Assembly (NCBI GenBank): GCA_963829055.1
Contig: CAWHHI010000019.1
Location: 88,718-152,717, forward strand
Reading direction: 5' to 3'
Origin: an uncultured Gemmatimonadaceae bacterium
Lineage (GTDB): Bacteria; Gemmatimonadota; Gemmatimonadetes; Gemmatimonadales; Gemmatimonadaceae
Length of the DNA: 64,000 nucleotides
In this document: positions 14,417 to 24,559 of the stretch, one piece after another
Layout of the letters: every line of letters begins with the position of its first letter
How positions within the stretch are numbered: position 1 is the first letter of the stretch
The notes under the pieces: model-generated
What the model saw: the letters and a program-made list of their open reading frames with translations, nothing else
Database searches by the model: none
What the model was told of the DNA's origin: nothing
Translations under genes and position numbers: made by a program

Positions 14417-14950
14417 CTAGTCAGCTTTCCCGATGACGCCGGCGTACATGGGATTCAGGACGAGCTCGCCGTTCACGAGTACTTCGCGATCCCACGGCAG
14501 GATGATCGTGCTCTCGGTCGCCAGGGCGTGGAAATCGGGCTCGTACGCGCCCGTCCGGAATGAGACCGCGGTCCGCACTTCTGTCGCGCCAGCGTTCACG
14601 ATCGCTGACACCGCGAGCCGCATGGTTGCGCCCGAATCGCACGTCTCATCGACGATGAGGACCCGCTTGCCCCGTGCCTCGCCGGGCGCCGCGCCGAGCA
14701 CTGCCGGGGTCTGCCGCACCGTTTCCCCGCGGTAGCGCCGGCTCACCATGATCGAGTGAAATTCGCGGTCGAGGATGGCCGCGACGACCGCGCCGGGCAC
14801 GACGCCCGCGGTGGCAACGCCCACGACGATCTCTGGGTCATATTCACGCGCGACCTTGAGCGCGAGCGCTCGCGAGAGCTCTCCGAAGAGCGGCCACTCG
14901 ATCTCGAGTACGCCCTTCATCGGGTCGACTTCATAACGACGTGGCGACAT
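14417..14950 (-). CDS. type I phosphoribosyltransferase
   Basis: PRPP-binding loop VLIVDETCDSGATM; ILPWD. Confidence 0.88.
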   Translation of the reverse strand: MSPRRYEVDPMKGVLEIEWPLFGELSRALALKVAREYDPEIVVGVATAGVVPGAVVAAILDREFHSIMVSRRYRGETVRQTPAVLGAAPGEARGKRVLIVDETCDSGATMRLAVSAIVNAGATEVRTAVSFRTGAYEPDFHALATESTIILPWDREVLVNGELVLNPMYAGVIGKAD

Positions 14951-15115
14951 GCGGCTCCGGAAGGGTGGTGACGCGAAAGCTAATGACTGATGGCTTCTTC
15001 GGTTGCTCGCCTACCCGACACGTAATACCTTTGCGGCTCCGGATTCGGCGGTGCGCCTCCCTCGCGAAGGCGTGCTTCGCGCCGGTTTCGTTCATCATCA
15101 GCCGATCCCGACCGC

Positions 15116-15577
15116 ATGTCCTGGTGGAGCCGCGCCTTTGGCGGCAAGTCCCCGCGTGAGATCAAGCCGCAGCGCCTCGACTATTTGAACGAAGCGCTGA
15201 TGCTCGAACGACAGGGCGATTACGACGCCGCGCTGACGTCGTATCGGCTTGCGTTGCGGGACAAGCCTGATGATCACCGCGTGCTTCAGAACATGGCGAT
15301 CGCCTTCTCGAAGACGGGACGCCACGAAGAAGCCGTGCGCTGCTACCGGCGGGCGCTCGAGCTCGAGCCCAAGCTGTCCGGAGCGCACTACGGTCTCGCG
15401 TTCCTGCTGCTCAAGAAGGGCGACGCCGAAGGCGCCATCAGCCATCTCGAGGCGTTCCTCAGCCAACCGCCATCAGGCGGGGAAGCGGACCGATGGGTAC
15501 GCCACGCCCAACAGACGCTCGATGATCTGCGCTCTGGCGCCGAGCCTGGGGCGACTCGCGAACTGACCGAGCCATAG
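15116..15577 (+). CDS. TPR-repeat protein
   Basis: three TPR-like repeats (YRRALELEPKLSGAHYGLA). Confidence 0.85.
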   Translation: MSWWSRAFGGKSPREIKPQRLDYLNEALMLERQGDYDAALTSYRLALRDKPDDHRVLQNMAIAFSKTGRHEEAVRCYRRALELEPKLSGAHYGLAFLLLKKGDAEGAISHLEAFLSQPPSGGEADRWVRHAQQTLDDLRSGAEPGATRELTEP

Positions 15578-15579
15578 CG

Positions 15580-16347
15580 GTGGGGCACGTGCTCGCGGTG
15601 GTAAGTCAGAAGGGCGGCGTGGGTAAGACGACGACTTCCGTCAACCTTGCTGCCGCATTCGCCAGGCGCGGGCTCAAGACGCTGATCGTCGACGTCGATC
15701 CGCAGGGCGCGGTGCGCTACGGCGTCGGGCTCAAGCGTGGGCACCCGACGTTCGGGTTTTCCGATTATCTCAATGGCGCGCGCGGACTGCGTGAGGTGAT
15801 CCTGCCGACCGCCCTGCCCTGGCTCCGCGTGATGCTCGCCGGGACGGTCAGCGACGCCGCGGATCACGGGACGTATCACGCGCTCGTCGCCGAGACGGAT
15901 CTCCTGAAGGACCTGCTGGACGCGGCGCGCGAGCGCTGTCACGTGGTGATCGTGGACACGCCCCCGGGATTAGGCCCTATCGTTCACAAGGTGCTCGAGG
16001 CGAGTCAGCACGTGATCGTGCCGCTGCAGTGCGAGCCACTCGCGCTGCAGACAACACCGCAGATCCTGCGGGGTATTCAGGAGATCGTCGCGACGAACGA
16101 GGAGCTCACGCTCGACGGCATCCTGCTGACGATGTACGAGCGCGAGAATCCGGCCTGTCAGCGGGTGGCGCAGTACGTGCGCTCGCATCTCCCAGCGAAC
16201 ATGGTATTCGATGTGGTGATTCCACGGACGACAGCGTCGACGGAAGCGTTCGCGGCGGGGCAGCCGGTCGTGCTGCGCGAGCCCGCGGACGCGGCGGCGC
16301 AGGCGTACGTCAACCTGGCGACGCTGCTCGCGCAACGGTTCGAGTGA
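15580..16347 (+). CDS. ParA/Soj family ATPase
   Basis: KGGVGKTT, DVDPQG, DTPPG. Confidence 0.92.
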   Translation: MGHVLAVVSQKGGVGKTTTSVNLAAAFARRGLKTLIVDVDPQGAVRYGVGLKRGHPTFGFSDYLNGARGLREVILPTALPWLRVMLAGTVSDAADHGTYHALVAETDLLKDLLDAARERCHVVIVDTPPGLGPIVHKVLEASQHVIVPLQCEPLALQTTPQILRGIQEIVATNEELTLDGILLTMYERENPACQRVAQYVRSHLPANMVFDVVIPRTTASTEAFAAGQPVVLREPADAAAQAYVNLATLLAQRFE

Positions 16348-17143
16348 TGCGTCGATCCGGCGTACTGGTTGCTCTCGTCGCCGTCGTGGGCGCCGCGTGT
16401 ACGGAGGTCGGCAGCGACCCTAACGCGGTGGTCGCCATCCGCTTCGATGGGTCGGCATATCCGTCCATCGTCGCCGGAGATTCCCTGCGCGATTCGCTCG
16501 GAACGCTGCAGCCGCTGCAGGCGGTGGGGCTGAACTACAAGAGCGTACCGGTGGTGGGTGCGCCGTTCGTGTTCTCGAGCCCGGACACGATTCTGCGACT
16601 CGCCAGCAACGGTGGCGTCTTCGCGGTCGGTCGAAAAGCGAATGCGACGCCCGCACGGGTGTTCGCGACGATCGGATCGCTGCAGAGCGTGCCGGACTCG
16701 TTGGTCGTCGTGCCGCGTGCCGACTCCATCGAGAGCGGAGAAGGACATCCTCGTCACCGTCGCGAATGCCTCGAACGAAGGCATAGCCCCAGCCGACTCG
16801 CTCCCCTTCGTGGTTCTCGGAGACACTGTCCCGGGCCCACCAAAGGCACCGATCCCATCGTGGCTGGTGAGCTTCCAGCTTCGCTACAAAGGCGTACTGC
16901 TGGTGCCGACCGATACGTCGGTCGCTTACACCTTCGTGCCAGGCAACGAGGCGCGACCACGGATACCGACGTACATCGATACCACGGACGCCAGTGGCCG
17001 CGTGACGCGAGGCGTGGTCCTGCGAACAGTCTCGACGACAGTGGCCGAGGACACGATCTTCGTCGATCGCGACGACGCGCGCGCGCAAGACGAACGCGCC
17101 GCCGATCTCGAAAGAAATCAGGATCCTCATACGACGCCAGTGA
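16347..17143 (+). CDS. hypothetical lipoprotein (apparent frameshifts near 16735 and 17070)
   Basis: MRRSGVLVALVAVVGAAC lipoprotein signal; continues in the frame of ORF 16558; TGATG overlap with parA. Confidence 0.55.
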
Positions 17144-19018
17144 CACATACGAGTGCATCCGCCGCTTCGACGTCATTCTCCTCGGGCCCAAATCCGGAGA
17201 CGCCGACGTACGCTCGCGGCGGGCCACGTCCCCAACCCGGCACGCTCAACCAGCTGCTGTTCGAGGCCGTCGAGAAGTACAACAAGCCAGACGCGATGCT
17301 CGTGCGCATCGGCGAGCAATACACGCCGATTTCGCACGCAACGCTCCTCGAGCGCATTCGGCGCGTCAGCTACGGGCTCAAGGCGATTGGCATTCAACGC
17401 GGCGACCGCGTTGCGATCCTGTCCGAGAACCGACCCGAGTGGTCGATCGCGGATTTCGCCTGCCTGACGAGTGGCGTCACCGACGTGCCGCTGTATCCGA
17501 GCCTTCCGGCCGAGCAGATCGGCTATCCGCTTCGTGATTCCGGCGCCGTCGCGATCTTCGTGTCGACCGCGGAGCAGGCCGCAAAGATCGCCGCGATTCG
17601 GGACGAGGTCCCGCTGATCAAGACGGTCATCGTATTCGACGCCTCCGCCGCGAAGCATGCAGACATGACGTTCGACGCGCTCGAGCAACGCGGCGGCGCC
17701 GGTGACTCGCCGGCACGTGCCGCCGAATTCCGCGCCGAAGCGCTCCGCGTCCAGCCGAATGACCTCGCAACCATTCTGTACACGTCCGGCACCACCGGCG
17801 CGCCGAAGGGCGTGATGCTGTCGCACGACAACATCCACTCCAACGTCGCCGCCACGCGGAACGCTCTCGTTATGCGCGGCGACGACGTGTCGCTGAGCTT
17901 CCTGCCGCTATCGCACATCCTGCAGCGGATGGGCGACTACTGGTTCTTCACGACAGGAACGTGCATCGCGTACGTGGACTCGTTCGATCTCGTGCCGCTC
18001 GCAATGTCGCAGGTGCGCCCGACCATCGCCATCTCGGTGCCACGGCTGTACGAGAAGATGTATGCGCGCGTGCTCGAGAACGCGCTCGCCGGTGGCGCGG
18101 CGAAGAAGCGCATCTTCTTCTGGGCGCGCCGGGTGGGGGATCGATGGGCCGATGAGAAGCTCGCTGGTCGCGAGCCGGGTGGACTGCTCGCCATGCAGTA
18201 CTCGATCGCGCAGCGACTCGTGTTCTCGAAGCTCAAGGCACGCACGGGCGGACGCCTTCGCTACTTCGTGTCGGGCGGCGCGCCGCTCGCGCCGGAGATC
18301 AACAAGTTCTTCTATGCGGCAGGGCTCATGATTCTCGAGGGCTACGGTCTCACCGAGACATCACCGGTCATCGGCGTCAACACGCCGGAGAACTTCCGCA
18401 TCGGAACGATCGGCAAGCCCATTGACGGCGTCGAGGTCAAGATCGCGGAAGACGGGGAGATACTGACGCGCGGACCTAACGTCATGCGGGGCTATTACAA
18501 CCAGCCCGACGCCACGCGAGATGCCATCGACGCCGAGGGCTGGTTCAAGACAGGCGACATTGGGGTGATCGAGGACGGATTCATCCGTATCACCGATCGC
18601 AAGAAGGACATCATCGTCACAGCCGGCGGCAAGAACATCGCGCCGCAGCCGATCGAGAACACGGTCAAAACGAACAAGTACGTCTCGCAGGCTGTCATGA
18701 TCGGCGACAAGCGCAAGTTCCCCGTCGATGCTCGTGGTGCCTAACTGGGACAACCTGGAGAAGTGGGCGAAGATCAAGAACATTCTCTGGACTGAGCGCG
18801 CGCAACTGCTCGCGATGCCGACCATCCAGGCGAAAATGGACAAGGAAGTGCGGTCACAGTTCGAAGGGCTCGCGCACTTCGAGACGCCGAAGAAGATCGC
18901 CTTGCTCGAGCACGACTTCTCTGTCGACTCCGGCGAGCTGACGCCGACGCTCAAGGTCAAGCGCCGGGTGATCGACAAGAACTACAAGTCGGTCATCGAC
19001 GGTCTGTACGTCGACTGA
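17140..19018 (+). CDS. long-chain fatty acid--CoA ligase (frameshift near 18727)
   Basis: YTSGTTGAPKG, EGYGLTE, FKTGD, C-terminal ELTPTLKVKR. Confidence 0.92.
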
Positions 19019-19068
19019 GCGACGGCCCCTGAGTCGCGCGGCGTCGAAGCGCTGACCCCGATCGTTCG

Positions 19069-19716
19069 ATGTTCATCGAGCTCGTGGATTCTCTGCGCTG
19101 TCTCGAGCCACATGAGGAGACGTGGCTCGTCGCGTCCGTCAGTCGCATGGATGGTCGCGATATCGTCGACGGCACGCTGGGATGCCCGATCTGTCGGCGA
19201 GAGTACCCCATTCGCGAGAGCGTGGGCTGGTTCACGTCCGACGGCCGCGCCGCAACCGGCCGCCTAACGCCGCTCCGCGCCGCAGATGATGACGATCGAC
19301 TCATGCGAGCCGCCGCGCTGCTCGGCCTGGCGGACGCCGGCGGCATCGTCGCGCTCGGCGGACCGTGGACGGAAGTCGCCAACCGGCTGCCGGCGTTGGG
19401 AGTTGCGCACGTCGTCGTCCTGAATGCGGCGCCCTCCGACGAGCATCCGCAGGAAGTCTCGGCGCTCGTCGTCGACGATCGGCTACCGTTCCGCCAGGGC
19501 GGCCTGCGCGGCGTGGCGCTCGGCGGAGACACCGCGACGTCCACGCTCGTGTCCTCGGCCGCGACGGTGCTGCGAAGCCGCGGCCGGCTCGTGGCGCCGT
19601 CGGACGTGGCTGTTCCGCCGGACATCACGGAACTGGCGCGCGACGCGGCTGACTGGGTTGGTGAACGAGCCGTCGTGGCATCGCCGCCGATCGCGCTCCG
19701 GTCATCGCGTCGTTAG
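19069..19716 (+). CDS. Trm112-like Zn-ribbon fused to a degenerate Rossmann/methyltransferase-like domain
   Basis: LRCLEPH...VDGTLGCPICRREYPI; later LPF...VLRSRGRLV. Confidence 0.6.
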   Translation: MFIELVDSLRCLEPHEETWLVASVSRMDGRDIVDGTLGCPICRREYPIRESVGWFTSDGRAATGRLTPLRAADDDDRLMRAAALLGLADAGGIVALGGPWTEVANRLPALGVAHVVVLNAAPSDEHPQEVSALVVDDRLPFRQGGLRGVALGGDTATSTLVSSAATVLRSRGRLVAPSDVAVPPDITELARDAADWVGERAVVASPPIALRSSRR

Positions 19717-19758
19717 GCATCGCGGCCGTTGAGGCGCGTCAGCCAGAGCGCCGGCGAT

Positions 19759-19928
19759 TGTCATCCCGAGCGTCACCCGTGTCATCCCGAGCGCGGGAGC
19801 CCGCGCAGCGGGCGCGTGAGGGATCTTCTCGAACGTGCTCGTGGCTTGACTGGCTGCGATGGCATCACAAAAGGTCCCTCGTCAGGCACCCGCCTGCGGC
19901 GAGGCTCCCGCGCTCATCCGGATACACA
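19759..19928. repeat. REP-like palindromic element (GTCATCCCGAGCG family, degenerate right arm)
   Basis: two TGTCATCCCGAGCG copies; gagggatctt...aaggtccctc arms. Confidence 0.7.
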
Positions 19929-19933
19929 CCACG

Positions 19934-20417
19934 TTATCGCGCCAATCCAGCCACGCGCGCGGCGTCGAGGCGATACCACACCGAACTGGGGACTGGAACA
20001 CGCGAGCTCGGCGACGCGAGAATCAGAGTCGATCCCGCCGCGCTGGCAGTGCGCGTGAACGGCTGCCCTGGCGCGAGACCGATGGCCGCCGCCTCGGCGT
20101 TGCCTGTACCGGGAACAAGCGTGAGCGCTCCGCCGGTCGCGAGATCTGCTCGGCCCGATACCGTAATCGGTGCGCGATTCGTGTAGTTGGCGGTGAGCTC
20201 GAACGACCCCGGTGCCAGCACGAGGTCGACCTGCGACGCGCCCGCGAACGACGTCGAATCTATCGGGGTGGCGAGCACCCAATGACCCAGCACGCTGGTC
20301 GTCGGAGCCCCGCTGTCGCTGAGCGAGCGGGTTTGCTGCACCTGTGGTGCAAGCGGCGGATCCGGCAAGCCCCAGCGTCAGGGCGAACATGATGTGTGAA
20401 CGCGTTCGTGAAAGCAT
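19934..20417 (-). CDS. hypothetical lipoprotein (frameshift near 20330)
   Basis: signal FALTLGLAGSAAC in one frame; beta-rich body in ORF 19934..20368. Confidence 0.55.
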
Positions 20418-20498
20418 TCGGCTGCCTCCTCGAGTCTGGCCAGCCTGAAGTGCAGAAACCACGCCCGCTCGCCTACTCGAAGCGGCGCGGCTGCGGTC

Positions 20499-20662
20499 GT
20501 CATTCCGAGCGGGGTTGTCATTCCGAGCGGAGCCGCGAAGCGGCGGAGTCGAGGAATCGCGACCACACGGGTAGAGGGCTCTCCACCAAGACGCGAAGGA
20601 TTCCTCGACCCGTGGCGACCCGCTGACGCTCGCTCGGAATGACACCAGCCGCTCGGAATGAC
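20499..20662. repeat. REP-like palindromic element
   Basis: 2x GTCATTCCGAGCG ... gtcgaggaatc/gattcctcgac ... 2x CGCTCGGAATGAC. Confidence 0.85.
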
Positions 20663-20671
20663 AGCCCGCCT

Positions 20672-21406
20672 CTAGCTGCGAGAGAGACGCAGCTCGTCGA
20701 CGTTCACGTCGGGCGGCTGTGTCACCGCGTAGAGCACCGCATCGGCCACCGCCTGTGCGCTCAGCATCTGTGCGCGAGGAGTGAACCCAGCTCGATTGTC
20801 CGGATCAATGGCGTCCCACACCGGTGTGTCGACCGGTCCCGGTGAGACGAGTGTCGCACGCACACCCGAGCCGCGCGTTTCCAGGCGAAGTACTTCGTGC
20901 ACGGCACGCATGCCGTGCTTGCTCGCGGCATACGCAGCGTTCTCAGGAAACACGGTGCGATCCACCACGGATCCAATGGACACGATGTGTCCACTCCCCC
21001 GCGCGCGCATGCCCGGCAGGAACGCTCGGACGAAGCGCACCGGTGCGACGAGGTTCGTCTCGAGATCGGTCGAGAACGCAGACGGATCGAGCGAGTCTAT
21101 CGTCGCGAGATTGAAGGCGCCGGCGTTGTTCACCAGCACATCGGGCGCGCCGCCGAATGCGCCGTCGATGATCTCAACGGCGGACACGACGTCGGCCACG
21201 ATCGACACGTCACATGCGATCGCCAAACCGCGCCCGTCAGAGCGCTCCGCCACCTCGCGCAACGGTATCTCGTTCCGTGCGATGAGTGCTACGCGCGCGC
21301 CCGCGTCGATGAGTGCCTGCGCAATCGCGCGCCCGATCCCGCGAGACGCCCCGGTGACGACGGCGGTCGTTCGCGTTAGGCGATCAGCGCCCATCGTACT
21401 CGACAT
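20672..21406 (-). CDS. SDR family oxidoreductase (candidate sepiapterin-type reductase)
   Basis: TGASRGIG, NNAG, YAASK; overlaps the PTPS gene. Confidence 0.9.
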   Translation of the reverse strand: MSSTMGADRLTRTTAVVTGASRGIGRAIAQALIDAGARVALIARNEIPLREVAERSDGRGLAIACDVSIVADVVSAVEIIDGAFGGAPDVLVNNAGAFNLATIDSLDPSAFSTDLETNLVAPVRFVRAFLPGMRARGSGHIVSIGSVVDRTVFPENAAYAASKHGMRAVHEVLRLETRGSGVRATLVSPGPVDTPVWDAIDPDNRAGFTPRAQMLSAQAVADAVLYAVTQPPDVNVDELRLSRS

Positions 21407-21797
21407 AGTTGTTCTCGGTTTCCCACAACCGCAGGCGGCGCAACTGCCCCGGTGACACATGGGGCTCGATCGCCTTCCAGCATGCGACCACGATATTTTC
21501 CGCGGTCGGGTTGATGCCGCGCATGAAATCGACGTCGAGGTTCATGTTGCGGTGGTCGACGCGATCGATGACCTCGCGCTGCACGATCGCCCTGAGCGCG
21601 CCGAGGTCGATGACGTAGCCGGTGCGCTCATCGATCCGGCCTTCGACCGCGACCTCGAGGACGTAGTTGTGCCCATGCCAGTTCGGGTTGTTGCACTTGC
21701 CGAACAGCGCGGCATTCTCGTCGTCGGAGAGTGCGGGGTTGTGGATCCGGTGCGCGGCGTTGAAGCGCAGCCGTCGCGTGACGGTGACGATCGGCAT
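21384..21797 (-). CDS. 6-pyruvoyl-tetrahydropterin synthase family, PTPS-II type
   Basis: FGKCNNPNWHGHNY (CX5HGH), DHR, TAEN, LWETENN. Confidence 0.88.
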   Translation of the reverse strand: MPIVTVTRRLRFNAAHRIHNPALSDDENAALFGKCNNPNWHGHNYVLEVAVEGRIDERTGYVIDLGALRAIVQREVIDRVDHRNMNLDVDFMRGINPTAENIVVACWKAIEPHVSPGQLRRLRLWETENNYVEYDGR

Positions 21798-21904
21798 CAG
21801 GCGATCAACGGAAAGAGAGCGGTGTCGGGAAAGTTCGAGATATTCGACACACGCCCGCTTGAGACGGCGCGTGTGTGTCCGTAAACTTGGGCTTGCGAAC
21901 GCGA

Positions 21905-21934
21905 GAAAGCCCCGCGGACTTCCGCGGGGCTTTC
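21905..21934. terminator. strong terminator-like hairpin in a divergent intergenic region
   Basis: gaaagccccgcgga-ct-tccgcggggctttc. Confidence 0.75.
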
Positions 21935-22158
21935 AAAGGTGGAACGAAGAGGGTTTTTTGAAGCCCAGTCGAAAATTAAGGTCCGCACCGTGCCTTCGTC
22001 TTCCCCGCACTGGGGCGTGGCGTCAACACAGATATTGCACCCGCTCGAAGGACTTGTTGGCTCAAAAACAATGTCTCTTCGCCCCTAGCGATTTGCGTTC
22101 GCGATAACTCGGCGAATTGCTGACGCAAAGTACAGGCAGATCAGAACCCGGTCAACTC

Positions 22159-22335
22159 ATGGATATTGGCATACTCGCGGCACTCGCAATGCTCGTGCTC
22201 TGGGCAATTGGCACCTTCGTCTACGAGGCACCTGGCTGGATTCACCTGCTATTGAGTGCGGGCGTGTTTCTGGTCATTTATCGCATCGTCGTGCGTGGAA
22301 CGCCCAACGTCGATACGACGACCAAGAAGGAGTGA
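22159..22335 (+). CDS. small membrane protein (lmo0937/DUF5670-like)
   Basis: LVLWAIG...GWIHLLL pattern. Confidence 0.7.
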   Translation: MDIGILAALAMLVLWAIGTFVYEAPGWIHLLLSAGVFLVIYRIVVRGTPNVDTTTKKE

Positions 22336-22486
22336 CCGGCACAAACGCGTTCGCCTGGACCGCGCACCACTGGACGTACGGCATCCTCGAGACGGTCGAT
22401 GCGGCCGGTCGGAAAAACACGCGCACTCGCGAGCGACCCAACGTCAATTGACGTTAGGCGGCCGCGAAAGTGAGCGGTCTTGTCGG

Positions 22487-22813
22487 TTATGACTTCGGTC
22501 GCTTCCCCTTCCCGTCGTAATCCAGGACCGCCGTGCGCCGCTCGACTTCACGCAGGCGGTAGCAATCCCACACGAACTGCGCGCGGATCCAGAACTCCGC
22601 CTCCACACCCAGTGCCGCCTCGAGCTGTAACGCTGTCTCGGCGGTGATCCCTTCTTCGCCACTCAGGATTCCGCGTATCTTCGATACCGGTACGCCCATG
22701 CGCTGCGCAAGCGCGGCCTGCGTCAGCCGACCGGTCTTGATGAATTCCTCGCGCAGAATCTGCCCTGGACGCTCGGGCGGTTGCGATGTGGGAACGCGGA
22801 CAGAAAGGATCAC
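22487..22813 (-). CDS. HigA-family HTH antitoxin/regulator (start uncertain)
   Basis: PGQILREEF...LTQAALA...ITAETALQLEAALGVEAEFWIRAQ. Confidence 0.82.
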   Translation of the reverse strand: MILSVRVPTSQPPERPGQILREEFIKTGRLTQAALAQRMGVPVSKIRGILSGEEGITAETALQLEAALGVEAEFWIRAQFVWDCYRLREVERRTAVLDYDGKGKRPKS

Positions 22814-22903
22814 GCGAGGCGCCGTTGAGGTTTCGATCGACCGTTGGATCGACGGAAAAGGATTGTGGCGCAGCCTAGGCCGGTACGGAAGGGCTGGCGC
22901 GCG

Positions 22904-23185
22904 GTGATCCGAGCGTTCGGGCTGGTTGTCCTGTCCGCGATCGTGGCCGTTCCGCTGTCGTTCTTTGTGGCAATGCTCCTGACGCCGGTCCTCTGGCGCC
23001 TGGAAGGTGTGATCGGCATAGAACTCGCCGGCCACTCAGGGCCGGCCGACTGGATCATCGCAGCGATCTTCGGGCTCTTCACCGTCATGCTGTCAGTTAT
23101 CCTACTCCGTCTGACCGGTGCCCGCGGGACAGTTTCCGCGCCGCCATCGGCGATTACCACTCCGCCCACGCACGGAGACGGTTGA
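22904..23185 (+). CDS. small 2-TM membrane protein (start uncertain)
   Basis: hydrophobic helices flanking GHSGPADW. Confidence 0.55.
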   Translation: MIRAFGLVVLSAIVAVPLSFFVAMLLTPVLWRLEGVIGIELAGHSGPADWIIAAIFGLFTVMLSVILLRLTGARGTVSAPPSAITTPPTHGDG

Positions 23186-23279
23186 GGCCTGCGGCGATTC
23201 CTAGGGATTGCAACCTCGTCGCACCCCAGTCATCATCGCGAGGGCAGCGAACCCGATAGCGGAGTCATACGGAGCAATA

Positions 23280-24266
23280 ATGCGCAGAGTATGCGTTGCC
23301 TTCACCGCAATAATTCTCGCCGCGACACTCGGCATCACACCTGTGCACGGGCAGGTGCGCGCCGATCCTGGCGTTGTGATCGGCGGACGAATTGCCGTGC
23401 GCGTGAACGTCACGCTCGCCGATGAAGAGACGCCATATTCGCCGGTTCGCGGTCTCACGCTTGCGTTCACACGGCCGGCGTCGGACACGGTGCTCGGACG
23501 CACCGACGAAGCGGGTGTCGTCACCGTACTGCTGCCGCCCGGCAACTACACCGTCAGTGCGCCGACGCCATACTCGTGGAAGGGCGCGTCGTACACGTGG
23601 ACCCTGCCCATCGCCGTGCGGGCAGATATGCAGTCCATTGATTTGAACCGGTCCAACGCGCGCGTAGGCGGAAGCCCGACGCGCGTGACTCAAGCGGAGC
23701 CACCGGCGCAGGCACAAAGCGCTGGCGATGTCGGACCCGTGCCTACCGGTTCACGAAGCCGTGACAACAGCACGATCCGCTGGCTCTCGATGGAGGCCGG
23801 AGCCGAAGCAGGCCTAACGCAGCTTGGCAACGGACGCGGGTCCGACGCCGGATTTGGTGGTACTGGTTCGTTCGTCGGGGGACTCGGGCCCGTGGCGCTC
23901 GCGCTCGGCTACCGCTACACACGAATCCCGTACGAGAACGACCTGGACCCGGCGAGTCTGGCCAGCGGCAGCGTGGAGGTGCGTTATCATCTGCGGCCCG
24001 GCGCAGCGCCGATCCGACCGTACCTCGGCGTGGTGGGCGGCTTCGGCGATTGGCACGACTCGGAATCTCTCACGAACGACAAGTCGACGTTCCGGATGTT
24101 GGGCGGCACCGTCGGCGCGCAGTTCGGGCTCGCCACGAGCGTGCGGCTGCACGTCGCCACCACGGTGGCCGGGACGAACATCAAGGAATCGTCGCAGACG
24201 AGCACCGGGCTATTTGCCGCGGCGAGCATCGGCCTGACGTTCGACATCTTCTCGCCGGCGCGGTAG
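23280..24266 (+). CDS. secreted protein: carboxypeptidase-regulatory-like domain plus outer-membrane beta-barrel
   Basis: signal peptide; RTDEAG...LPPGNYTV; amphipathic strands, RPYLG, terminal IGLTF. Confidence 0.7.
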   Translation: MRRVCVAFTAIILAATLGITPVHGQVRADPGVVIGGRIAVRVNVTLADEETPYSPVRGLTLAFTRPASDTVLGRTDEAGVVTVLLPPGNYTVSAPTPYSWKGASYTWTLPIAVRADMQSIDLNRSNARVGGSPTRVTQAEPPAQAQSAGDVGPVPTGSRSRDNSTIRWLSMEAGAEAGLTQLGNGRGSDAGFGGTGSFVGGLGPVALALGYRYTRIPYENDLDPASLASGSVEVRYHLRPGAAPIRPYLGVVGGFGDWHDSESLTNDKSTFRMLGGTVGAQFGLATSVRLHVATTVAGTNIKESSQTSTGLFAAASIGLTFDIFSPAR

Positions 24267-24559
24267 GCGGTCCCGGCGCGCGGCGGCTGCCGCTGCTGCC
24301 CAGAGACGACGCGGGCGGAGCGAGGTTACCCCTACGGCGGAGTGGCGAATCACCCGCCGCCCTTGGCCCGTCGGTTGAGGTGCGTGCGCCGATCGTTGTA
24401 CGGGTTTCCCCGCGGCCAATCCTGACCGGACACGGCCCTCTCCGCCGTAGAGGCAAGACCTACATGGGCAAGATGCCTGCCGCTGAGCTCGGCCGAATTC
24501 CAGGCCGGACCGATCCTCTGCGCACACTTCGGTACATCCGAGGTGTTCCGCGAAAGGCG

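Noticed and set aside
19759..20662. CRISPR array
   Set aside because: The repeats are short, inverted and irregularly spaced; no cas genes
21384..21797. Annotation as queD
   Set aside because: The motif is CX5HGH, not CX3HGH, and no other que genes are adjacent
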